Source: Bdellovibrionales bacterium (GTDB taxonomy: Bacteria; Bdellovibrionota; Bdellovibrionia; Bdellovibrionales; UBA1609). From it: a stretch of 64,000 bases of DNA. Below the pieces are notes generated by a model. That model saw only the letters and a list, made by a program, of their open reading frames with translations, did no database searches and was not told the DNA's origin. How positions within the stretch are numbered: position 1 is the stretch's first letter; each line of letters starts with the position of its first letter. Shown here in pieces: positions 9,969 to 18,546 of the stretch. The position numbers and the translations under genes are program-made. Location: positions 896,001 to 960,000 of the forward strand of contig OZ241456.1 of NCBI GenBank assembly GCA_965200875.1, read 5' to 3'.

Positions 9969-10670
9969 TCAGTCAGTGTCAGCACTTGTCCCTGTCTCTT
10001 TACTGTTTGTTTCTTTACTCTTTTGTGGAATATAAGACACAGTAACATGAGGATACTCCTCTCTAATGCGACTGACTTCGGTATCGGAAAAATAATTCAT
10101 TGTTATCCAAACACGCTTTAAAGCAGTAAGTCCGTCAAAAATACCTTCAGGTAAGGTGGTTAAATTATTGTATGCCAAACTAATTTCCTCTAAAGCAGTA
10201 AGTCCGTCAAAAATACCTTCAGGTAAGGTGGTTAAACCAGCATTGTGCAATTTAATGTTCTTTAAACCAGACAAACCACTAAAATCACCAGTTTTTAATG
10301 TGGTTTTATCCCTACTGGAATCTACCAGCCAGATTGCTTCTAATTTTTTTAAATCTTTTTTTGTAAGAGTTTTGCAGGCTTCGGGCCATGATCTATCAGG
10401 GGAAGGGACAAGATTAGATACTATCAAAGTTCTAATTAATTCGGTTCTATCGCAGACCTCTACAAATGTGACAGTGGGTGGGTTTGGACTTGCACCAGTG
10501 TTAGGGTTAACACCTGCCCCCGTGTTAGCACCTGCTGTGGTTGCTCCGGCTGGGGTTGAACCTGCGCCCGCGTCTGCACCTGCTGTGGTTGCTCCCCTTG
10601 AACCACTGTCTTTTTTTTCACAACCTAAAAAACATAAGCTTAAAAACAATAAAGCAATTATAGTTTTCAT
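9969..10670 (-). CDS. Leucine-rich-repeat lipoprotein with Gly/Ala/Thr-rich linker
   Basis: Lipobox FLGC; GATTAGA linker; 24-aa LRRs (LTTLPEGIFDGLTAL x2); identical 46-bp DNA at 10119 and 10191. Confidence 0.85.
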   Translation of the reverse strand: MKTIIALLFLSLCFLGCEKKDSGSRGATTAGADAGAGSTPAGATTAGANTGAGVNPNTGASPNPPTVTFVEVCDRTELIRTLIVSNLVPSPDRSWPEACKTLTKKDLKKLEAIWLVDSSRDKTTLKTGDFSGLSGLKNIKLHNAGLTTLPEGIFDGLTALEEISLAYNNLTTLPEGIFDGLTALKRVWITMNYFSDTEVSRIREEYPHVTVSYIPQKSKETNSKETGTSADTD

Positions 10671-10726
10671 AAAATACTCCTTTTAGTTTAATTTGAAAAA
10701 AATCCCGTTTTAATCAGGACACTCCC

Positions 10727-10753
10727 AGACTAACGGGGGGGGGTAAAAGTCAA
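10727..10753 (-). promoter_or_regulatory. Sigma70-like promoter with C9 tract in spacer (TTGACT-N15-TAGTCT)
   Basis: Minus strand reads TTGACT TTTA C9 GT TAGTCT; same as 16061-16089 except for tract length. Confidence 0.7.
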
Positions 10754-10775
10754 GAAATATATTCATAAAAACAAA

Positions 10776-10931
10776 CTGGAAGGCATACAATAAGGCATGC
10801 AAAAAGGTTGTCAGGAAGGTCAAAAAGAGCTGATCGCAAAATTGCTTAAAAGTGGAGTGGATTTGCAGGCTCTTTGCCAAGGCACAGGGCTTTCTGAACA
10901 GGAAATCAAAAAACTTAAGAGTGGTGACTAA
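10776..10931 (+). pseudogene. C-terminal remnant of an Rpn/YhgA-like (PD-(D/E)XK) protein
   Basis: Own translation LEGIQ*GMQKGCQEGQKELIAKLLKSGVDLQALCQGTGLSEQEIKKLKSGD*; same tail pattern as the 32260 ORF; internal stop. Confidence 0.65.
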
Positions 10932-11194
10932 GCATTATAGATGAAAGACCAATATCACCTTTTGGAAAGTACATGAAAAAAGTAAGGAGTATGTGCTTCA
11001 TAGCAAGTATGGAGTTTAAAGCCCTTTTTATGGAGAGTTTGCAGTTTTTTCAGCAAACAGGCATTATTGGGTCGGCAGGAAAATTCAAAATCTTCTAAAA
11101 AAATTAAATTTTTTTTTACGATAAAAGCCGATTAACTTTAAAGACCATAAATCTTAATAAGGAAATAAATGTGAAAGAAATCCAAAGAAAAATC

Positions 11195-11503
11195 CTATCT
11201 ATGGTTATCACTTTTCTGGTTGGAAACAATATTCATTAGATCCTGAAGTATGTTTTTAATATTTTCCTGTTCCACTGTTACATTTGATATCTCTGATTCC
11301 ATGCGCTTTTGATTGTTTTTTATCTCTGATTCCATGCGCTTTTGATTGTTTTTTATCTCTGATTCCATGCGCTTTTGATTGTTTTTTAAAGGGTCAATCT
11401 TTGCATTCAACAAAGAATTAAAACCTACAAGTAAAAAAGACAATGTAATAACAACAACAACAACAGTCTGTAAAACTACAGGAACATCTGATAAAATTTC
11501 CAT
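11195..11503 (-). CDS. Small membrane-anchored coiled-coil protein with 11-aa tandem repeats
   Basis: AGGAGG RBS, N-terminal TM helix, KNNQKRMESEI x3. Confidence 0.7.
   Translation of the reverse strand: MEILSDVPVVLQTVVVVVITLSFLLVGFNSLLNAKIDPLKNNQKRMESEIKNNQKRMESEIKNNQKRMESEISNVTVEQENIKNILQDLMNIVSNQKSDNHR
11288..11386. repeat. 33-bp coding tandem repeat x3
   Basis: TATCTCTGATTCCATGCGCTTTTGATTGTTTTT at 11288, 11321, 11354. Confidence 0.95.
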
Positions 11504-11595
11504 AAAACCTCCTTACTGATATAGCCATAATGTAAGTATACCATATTATATCATAAGATCATATTGATTATTTTTTTTACGACATAGCTTTAGTG

Positions 11596-13041
11596 TTAAC
11601 GGGTTCTGAGTTGAAAAATCATATTGACATACTGTCGGGAGTAAAAGCGGTATCTCAGAACATTTAATGTATTAGTTCTGTTTTTGGAAAGTCGCCTTTG
11701 AACATCCCTCGCAGATTGAACCTGCCAGCCATTGACTTTTAAAATAATATCCTTTTTCCTGAACCCAGAGAAAGCGGCGGGGGATCCGGGTTTCACTTCT
11801 GTCACTATGGGGTGATTACGATTTAAAGGTGGCATTCCCATTGACTTCATCACTTCTTTTGTTCCGGTAACCATTACAAGTCCCAAGTTAAAAGGTGCCT
11901 TCTTTTTACTGCCTGTAGATGGGGCTGTTTGCTCATTTTCCGCCAATATCTGCTTTCTTTCCGCGACAGTAATATCCATCTTTATTTTTCGTTTATTTCT
12001 GATGATTTCCATTGGAACAGTTTGATTTACAGGAGTGGAGAACACAGCTTTAAAGAGATCCCTGTAGGTTTTGATTTTCTTTTTATTAAAAGATACAATA
12101 ATATCCTGTTTTTTTATACCAGCTTTTTCCGCAGGAGAACTTGACATAACTTCCATAATAAGTGCTCCCGGCTGGTTTTTATCCCTGCTTTGAGCCATCT
12201 GTACTCCGATATAACCTCCTCTCACTCTTCCGTATTTTTCCAAATCCTTTAATACCACTTTTACATTGTCAATGGGTATGGCAAAGCTGATTCCCTGCGT
12301 GCGCATGGCTGTGTTAACACCAATGACTTCTCCTCTGGTGTTCACTAAAGGCCCGCCGGAGTTTCCAGGGTTGATAATGGCGTCTGTTTGCAAAAAAGGA
12401 AATAAGTTCAGCTCGTCAATTTCACGATTTACGGCAGAGATAATTCCTTTGGTCATGGTGTGTCCGTGTCCGTAAGGGTTTCCAAAAGCAGCCACCCATT
12501 CTCCCACTTGTAATTCATTACTATTGCCCAATCGGGCTGTGGGCAATGGCTTGTTTATTTTAATTTTAATAATGGCAATGTCTGTATTTTCATCTTTGCC
12601 TATTACTTTGGCTTTGTAGATTGTTGAATTGTCTTTTAGTTGAACCTGAATGGTGTCCGCTTTATTGATGACATGGGTATTTGTGAGGATCAGGCCATTG
12701 GATCGAATGATAAAACCAGTGCCCAGAGAATGAAGAGGTTGGGCTTTGGGAGGTTTTGCATGAGGAGCGAGAAAGAAATCAAAAAAAGGATCATTAAAAT
12801 AAGGAAAAGAGGGTATGTTATTCAGCTTGGTTGTGGAGATATTAACCACAGCGGGGTTGATAATTTTTGCCAGTTTAATAAAAATATCAGCAGGTAAGGG
12901 TTCACCAGGCTTGAGTTTTTCAATCAGAGGTTTGGCGATCAGATGATTTTGGTATAAAAGAAGACCTTTACCAAAGCAAAAAACAGATATAATAAAAACA
13001 GATGTAAAGATTTTTGTTTTTTTTGAAAAAAGTATTTTCAT
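11596..13041 (-). CDS. htrA: HtrA/DegP-family serine protease with PDZ domains
   Basis: SLGTGFII, LTNTHV, TDIAIIK, LQTDAIINPGNSGGPL, two PDZ-like segments. Confidence 0.93.
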   Translation of the reverse strand: MKILFSKKTKIFTSVFIISVFCFGKGLLLYQNHLIAKPLIEKLKPGEPLPADIFIKLAKIINPAVVNISTTKLNNIPSFPYFNDPFFDFFLAPHAKPPKAQPLHSLGTGFIIRSNGLILTNTHVINKADTIQVQLKDNSTIYKAKVIGKDENTDIAIIKIKINKPLPTARLGNSNELQVGEWVAAFGNPYGHGHTMTKGIISAVNREIDELNLFPFLQTDAIINPGNSGGPLVNTRGEVIGVNTAMRTQGISFAIPIDNVKVVLKDLEKYGRVRGGYIGVQMAQSRDKNQPGALIMEVMSSSPAEKAGIKKQDIIVSFNKKKIKTYRDLFKAVFSTPVNQTVPMEIIRNKRKIKMDITVAERKQILAENEQTAPSTGSKKKAPFNLGLVMVTGTKEVMKSMGMPPLNRNHPIVTEVKPGSPAAFSGFRKKDIILKVNGWQVQSARDVQRRLSKNRTNTLNVLRYRFYSRQYVNMIFQLRTR

Positions 13042-13080
13042 AAGTATATTCCTTGTGGTTTTTTTTTCTTGAAGTTATTT

Positions 13081-13362
13081 TTATTCCTCATTTGCTTGTT
13101 GAGAAAAAGTAATTTGCAGATCTTGTATAGAGTTATCCAATAACTGTTTTTCCTCTTCTGTTAAATTGCCCTTGGTTTTTTCTCTCAGCAAGAGCAGTAG
13201 CTCAATGTTAAATTCCGCAAGCGTTGTGTTTTTTTTGCTCTTTATTTCCGGTATAAGCCCCATTGCGGCTAGGGCAGAATGCGTGAGAGAATGAACAAGG
13301 GTGGAAAAAACCGGTGGATCCATTTTTGTATTTTGTTTGTTTGTTTGTTTTTCTGGGTTCAT
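13081..13362 (-). CDS. DUF1844-like protein
   Basis: FSTLVHSL..SALAAMG...A.FNIELL.LLREKTKGNLTEEE..LL pattern. Confidence 0.8.
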   Translation of the reverse strand: MNPEKQTNKQNTKMDPPVFSTLVHSLTHSALAAMGLIPEIKSKKNTTLAEFNIELLLLLREKTKGNLTEEEKQLLDNSIQDLQITFSQQANEE

Positions 13363-13422
13363 ATTTCCCCTTTGATGTTAAAATTTTATTTTTCCCTGTG
13401 TAAAAAATGTTTGAGTGATTCA

Positions 13423-13611
13423 TCAAGTCGCCATATATGTTTTAAAATATACAAAATAGGGCATGTTGTCAAACTGAAAAACAAGCCCAAATAGAAAAAT
13501 AACAATTAGAACAAATATCCCAAACATCCATTTTAAAAATTGTATTCCAGCAACACACTCGCCGACTTTTTCAAGTAAATACCCTTGAGTATTATTTTTT
13601 TCTTTATTCAT
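13423..13611 (-). CDS. Small membrane protein (GIQFLKWMFG), possibly a remnant
   Basis: 62-aa ORF with one hydrophobic helix. Confidence 0.4.
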   Translation of the reverse strand: MNKEKNNTQGYLLEKVGECVAGIQFLKWMFGIFVLIVIFLFGLVFQFDNMPYFVYFKTYMAT

Positions 13612-13854
13612 ATATCATTTTCTTTATTTTGGCCGGCTTTGTTATAAATTTTCTTATAAAGAGATTCTTCGTACTTATCCATAGCATCAACACTCAGAGG
13701 TTTTTTGAAAACAGGTTTTTCATTATCATCTAGAATATTAAAATCTCCGTCCTTTGAAATATTCGGTTGTTATGGCTCTCATCAGTGTTATTTTAATTCT
13801 TTATCTTCAATAATAATCCTATAGATTATATTCCACAGTAAAGTGTTTATTCTT

Positions 13855-14722
13855 TTATATGTCTTCCCCAGGATCGTCATCAACAACAACAAAACCACCT
13901 ACAAGTCGTGAGGTTAAATAAGTTGCCAATTCTGGGGTAACTTTCGCACCGAACAAAACCACAAAGTTTAACTCCGCACCTGTTAAATTCGCGCCTCTAA
14001 AATCCGTAAAGCTAAAATCCGCCCCGGTTAAATATCGCTCCTCGCAGATCCGCCCCAGTCAAATCCGCCATTTGCAAATTCGCATTGTGCATATTCGCAT
14101 TTCTCAAATTTGCCTCTTGAAAATTCGCCCCGTACAAATTCGCGCCTCTAAAATCCCCTCCTTCAAAATTCACCCCATTCAACTTCCCCCTGCCACTAAA
14201 ATCCGCGCCGCTAAAATTCGCCCTAGTAACAACCGCCAGTGTCCATTTCACACCTTTAAAATTCGCCCCTTCAAAATTCGCCCCTGTCAAATCCGTATTA
14301 CGCAAATTCGCCTTGGATAAATCCACCTCGTACAAATTCGCCCTGTTCAAATTCGCCCCGTACAAATTCGCCTTGGATAAAGCCGCCCCGTCCAAAACCA
14401 CCAGGTACAAATTCGCCCATTGCAACTTCGCCCATTGCAACTTCGCCCTAGATAAATCCACTAGGTACAAATTCGCCCATTGCAACTTCGCCTTACTCAA
14501 CTTCGCCCATTGCAACTTCGCCTGGGATAAATCCACCCCAGTCAAATTCGCCCCTCTCAAATCCGCCCCGTATAAATTCGCCTCGTATAAATTGCACTGA
14601 TGGTTTCTAGGCGTATAGATATAGTCTCGATAATTATCAATATTACAGGTAGACTCAGCCTCATTCTGGCCATAGCTCAAAGCACCTAAGCTTAAAAACA
14701 GTAAAGCAATTATCAAATTCAT
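13855..14722 (-). pseudogene. Secreted pentapeptide-repeat protein with a +1 frameshift near 14030
   Basis: MNLIIALLFLSLGALSYG leader, A(N/D)LxG repeats; past the 14012 stop another frame continues LTGADFSFTDFRGANL...GAKVTPELATYLTSRLVGGFVVVDDDPGEDI* to 13855, matching paralog C-termini. Confidence 0.8.
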
Positions 14723-14935
14723 TATTTACCTCCTTTGTTTAGTTAGGTTCTTTACATAATACAGGTGTTTATGAAAAACACTTAATAAAAAAACAAACCC
14801 GTGAAATCTTTATACGCCTGTAAAACAAACAACTGGAATCATAAAGAAAGGGTGGCGACTTTCAATCGCGAAAAAAAAAGGGGGGGGGTCCATCTTTTTC
14901 TCTACTCAAAACTGTAAAAAAAGCCAGTTTTGGGG
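14723..14935 (-). repeat. About 210-bp upstream element (copy A), inverted homolog of 16990-17199
   Basis: Shared blocks CAGTTTTG, TAGAGAAA, GATGGAC-poly-C, CGCGATTGAAAGTCGCCACCCTT(T)CTTTATGATT, AGTGTTTTTCATAAA, TGTATTAT, GAGGTAA.TAATG. Confidence 0.8.
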
Positions 14936-15012
14936 TTATGGTTGTTTGTTTTATGGTATAAGGGAAAAACTGGATAGTTAAAACTATTTACAGCTAAACA
15001 GGAATATTCAGC

Positions 15013-15849
15013 TTAGCGGAGTAATATTATCTTTTTCACATACTCTGCAAAATCTTTCAAATTACTTCTAGTAGCCTTTTCAAAACCAATAAAATCATTT
15101 TGCATCATTCGCTGGATCACAGGCTTAGATGATGCTCCTAAATATCCCTCCACATACTCTACTACTTCTTGTATTTTACTTTTACTGGTACTTGAAAAAG
15201 CAACAAGATTCCTTTGCATCATCTCCTGGATAACTGGCTTAGATGATACTCCTAAATATCCTTCCAAATACTCTATTACTTCTTGTATTTTACTTTTACT
15301 GGTACTTGAAAAAGCAACAAGACTCCTTTGCATCATCTCATGGATCACTGGCTTAACTGGCTTAGGTGATGCTCCTAAATATCCTTCTTTTCCACCAAAG
15401 TAAATATGCAAATATGTAATCACGTCCCTTATATCTTCCACATTACCACGATCAAAACCACCCAAACTTCTATTTAAACGCTTAGTAACGCCATCAATCC
15501 CTATATATTCCTCATATAGACTCACTCTATCTTTAAAACTTACATAACTCATCATCCAAAAATAAGAAGTAGTCTTGATTCTTTTTAAAGTCTGTTTCAC
15601 TCCAATTCGCGCCTCCATTTCTTCCAAAAAACTTTTTGCATCTTCAGCGGTCCAATTTCCTTTTTTCAAATATGTGCTAATCTTTTTCTCCCAAACAGTT
15701 CCAAAGCCACCTTGATTCTTATTTGCAAAATTGATAAAAACTTCTCCCGGAGAGGAGAAAGCCAATACACAAGGGAAAACCAAAGGAGCATAGCTAATGG
15801 AATAAACAAATATAATTAATAAGAAAAACCTATGAAAAATAAACAACAT
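15013..15849 (-). CDS. Hypothetical exported protein with about 38-aa helical repeats
   Basis: Hydrophobic N-terminus; MMQRxLVAFSSTSKSKIQEVxEYxEGYLGxSSKPVI repeats with 114-bp DNA period. Confidence 0.75.
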   Translation of the reverse strand: MLFIFHRFFLLIIFVYSISYAPLVFPCVLAFSSPGEVFINFANKNQGGFGTVWEKKISTYLKKGNWTAEDAKSFLEEMEARIGVKQTLKRIKTTSYFWMMSYVSFKDRVSLYEEYIGIDGVTKRLNRSLGGFDRGNVEDIRDVITYLHIYFGGKEGYLGASPKPVKPVIHEMMQRSLVAFSSTSKSKIQEVIEYLEGYLGVSSKPVIQEMMQRNLVAFSSTSKSKIQEVVEYVEGYLGASSKPVIQRMMQNDFIGFEKATRSNLKDFAEYVKKIILLR

Positions 15850-16060
15850 AATATTAATCCTTATAGTTTATTGTTATTTTTACAGCATTATATGAGAAAC
15901 ACTAAAAAAAACATAGCTCTAAAAGGTAATAGTGTAATCTTTACACGCCTATAAAAAAAGAGGATAGTACTAAGAAACGACTCATTAAAAAAGAATACTG
16001 TTTATTAAATTGCAAACCCGTAAAACCCTTTGTGTCTATTTGTTTTTCTGAATTTATTTA

Positions 16061-16089
16061 TTGACTTTTACCCCCCCCCCCGTTAGTCT
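16061..16089 (+). promoter_or_regulatory. Sigma70-like promoter with C11 tract in spacer (TTGACT-N17-TAGTCT)
   Basis: TTGACT 16061-66, TTTA, C11 16071-81, GT, TAGTCT 16084-89; 60 bp before ATG 16150. Confidence 0.75.
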
Positions 16090-16149
16090 AGGGGTATCCC
16101 GATTAAACGGGATTTTTTTCAAATTAAAAATTATTAAAAGGATTATTTT

Positions 16150-16830
16150 ATGAAAACTATTATTGTTTTATTGTTTTTGAGCTTATGTTTTTTAAGTTGT
16201 GAAAAAAAAGAGGCAGGTTCAACTGGTGCCGGATCAACCACCGCCGGGGCAACCACCGCCGGAGCTGACACGGGAGCAGGGGCAACTACCGCCGGAGCTG
16301 ACACGGGAGCAGGGGCAACCACCGCCGGAGCTGACACGGGAGCAGGGGCAACTACCGCCGGGGCAGGTGCTCAATCAGGTACATGTGTGCAACAGGGAGC
16401 AGTTATTCAGAGTGCAACACCCCCAGTATGTAATATCAATAATTATAAAGACTATATAAAGCAACCGGGAAACCATAAATGTAATTTATCAGGCGCAAAT
16501 TTGTCCGGTTTGGCCGGTAATTTTAGAAATGCGAATTTAAGTGGTGCGAATTTTAGCGGTGCGACATTGGTCGCGACTGATTTCCGTGGTGCGAATTTTA
16601 GCGGCGCGGATTTTAGTGGTGCGAATTTGCAATGGGCGAATTTTGCAGGGGCGGATTTAACCTGTGTGGATTTTAGCAATGCAGATTTGATCCGTGCGGT
16701 TTTGACTGATGTGAATTTAAGTGGTGCGAATTTTAGCGGGGCGACCTTTCACAAAACGAGAGTTGATCTGGAAGGGGAGACTTATTTAACCTCAAAGGGT
16801 ATAAGTGGTTTTGTTGTTGAAAATGAATAA
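16150..16830 (+). CDS. Pentapeptide-repeat lipoprotein with GATTAGADTGA linker repeats
   Basis: Lipobox FLSC; 33-bp repeats 16246-16362; CNI..Y..YI..PGNH.C cap; ANFSG repeats; YLTS.G.SGFVV end. Confidence 0.88.
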   Translation: MKTIIVLLFLSLCFLSCEKKEAGSTGAGSTTAGATTAGADTGAGATTAGADTGAGATTAGADTGAGATTAGAGAQSGTCVQQGAVIQSATPPVCNINNYKDYIKQPGNHKCNLSGANLSGLAGNFRNANLSGANFSGATLVATDFRGANFSGADFSGANLQWANFAGADLTCVDFSNADLIRAVLTDVNLSGANFSGATFHKTRVDLEGETYLTSKGISGFVVENE

Positions 16831-16881
16831 ATAGTTTTACTGCCTAACAAAGCAGTAAAATTTTCATATAATCCTTTTTTG

Positions 16882-16918
16882 GCGAAAAGCTTGTCTATCT
16901 CAGACGGGCTTTTTCGTT
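16882..16918 (+). terminator. Rho-independent terminator
   Basis: AAAAGCTTGTCT-loop-AGACGGGCTTTTT downstream of the 16150 gene. Confidence 0.7.
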
Positions 16919-16989
16919 TTGAGAAAGGGAATCATAAGCAACCAGGGTCAGTTATATATCGCTTTTAGGGGTGCACATTTTCCCCCGGG

Positions 16990-17199
16990 CCCAAAACCCC
17001 CTTTTTGTGCAGTTTTGGTTAGAGAAAGAGATGGACACCCCCCCCCTTTCGCGATTGAAAGTCGCCACCCTTCTTTATGATTTCCTTATTACTATTTTTT
17101 TTAAACCTCTATGTAAATATTACACAGGTTATTTTTTTATTTAGTGTTTTTCATAAAATCATGTATTATTCAAAGAAACGAAAAATGAGGTAACTAATG
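16990..17199 (+). repeat. About 210-bp upstream element (copy B) ending at ATG 17197
   Basis: Inverted homolog of 14723-14935; C9 tract at 17038-17046; RBS GAGGTAACTAATG identical to that of the 18547 gene. Confidence 0.8.
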
Positions 17200-18522
17200 A
17201 GTTTTTCTGCGAATTTTACAGGTGCGAAAGTGGTTCGTCTGGACGGACCAGATTTGCTAATAGATTGTGTTTATTGATAGTCTGGAATTCCTCATAATAA
17301 GCTTAACCTGTGGTAAGTGGCTGGTCTCGGCATTTTCTACTAATTTTAAGCTAGGTTTTTGTAAATTAAAGGTATAAAAAGTATGTCTGAAAATCAAAGC
17401 CGTAAAATTGTGATTTCTGGTGGAAATAAGCCTAATATAGATTTTGGAAGTTTTGAGCGCGGTCTGGCTGAAATCCAGACTCCAGCTCAAGCTTTTGAAA
17501 AAGTGAAAATCCTTGAATCTATCCAAAGTGCACTTTCAGGCTTTCAAAATTCTTTTGAGACAGAGTTTAAGATATCTGAATACAAAATTCGTTATGATAG
17601 AAAATTGTGGAATTTACTTTGTGAGACCAATCTCACATCTGTGGAATTGGCCAAAGCTTTGAATAAAAAGAAGTCAGATGATGCCTGTAGATTTAAAGAG
17701 GATTTAAAGAAAGCTTATGGCGAAAAATCTGATGATGATATCCAGGTTTTGATTAACTTATCTTATGAAAAGGGAAAACCCTTAACCCGTGAATTTTTTA
17801 AAAGTTCTGGTAAATCCGGCTTTGGCGTGAAGAAATCTGGCCAGCAAGAATGGTTCACTCCCCGCTGGATATATGAGCGCGCTAGACATATTATGGGTTC
17901 AATCGATTTGGATCCAGCCACCTCTCAAAAGGCAATCAATATGGGCAATATAGCCAATCGGTATTTTATGAAGGGAGATAATGGGTTAACGAAAGCATGG
18001 AATACAACAAATAAAAGCAATATTTTTATAAATCCGACTTATACAATTCCATATTTTAAAACAAAGATTATTAAAAATAAAACAGTGAAACGAATCTCAT
18101 CAGATAGTGTATGTCAGGATTTCTTGAGTAAACTACTACGGAGTGAGTTTAAACAATGCGTGTTTATAACGCCACAGCGGAGTGAAACCTATTATGGGCA
18201 GTATTTACATAAATTGGCCAATGTTTTCTTTTTACAGCAAGGCCGGACAAAGTTTCACAAAGATGGAAGTGCTGATAAACAACTCCCTCCTGATCCAAGT
18301 ATAATCTGGGGAATATGTGTTGATCCTTTAAAATTCTGGCTGGCATTCAAAGATTTTGGTCATGTTGAGTGTCGATATAAAAACTTTAATCAGCTGAAAG
18401 CAGAATGTGAAGAGAGATGGAGTGAAATCGATTTATGGACTGCACAGCTTGAGAAACTACCAAAGCCTTAATGATTATCTTTAAAAAGCTAAAGTGGTTT
18501 TGTTGTTGTTGAAAATGAGTAA
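17197..18522 (+). pseudogene. Split remnant of a pentapeptide-family gene flanking the inserted methyltransferase
   Basis: 5' piece MSFSANFTGAKV (17197-17232) and 3' piece SGFVVVENE* (18493-18522) match the family C-terminus. Confidence 0.6.
17383..18471 (+). CDS. Phage-type DNA N6-adenine methyltransferase domain fused to an unknown N-terminal domain
   Basis: EWFTPRWI...IDLDPAT...DNGLTKAW...IFINPTY (NPPY-like motif). Confidence 0.75.
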   Translation: MSENQSRKIVISGGNKPNIDFGSFERGLAEIQTPAQAFEKVKILESIQSALSGFQNSFETEFKISEYKIRYDRKLWNLLCETNLTSVELAKALNKKKSDDACRFKEDLKKAYGEKSDDDIQVLINLSYEKGKPLTREFFKSSGKSGFGVKKSGQQEWFTPRWIYERARHIMGSIDLDPATSQKAINMGNIANRYFMKGDNGLTKAWNTTNKSNIFINPTYTIPYFKTKIIKNKTVKRISSDSVCQDFLSKLLRSEFKQCVFITPQRSETYYGQYLHKLANVFFLQQGRTKFHKDGSADKQLPPDPSIIWGICVDPLKFWLAFKDFGHVECRYKNFNQLKAECEERWSEIDLWTAQLEKLPKP

Positions 18523-18546
18523 AAAAAGAAAAAAAGGAGGTAACTA

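Noticed and set aside
17050..17070. GCGATTGAAAGTCGC as group II intron domain V or c-di-GMP riboswitch
   Set aside because: Flanking conserved elements (AGC triad stem; GGCAAA and second hairpin) are absent
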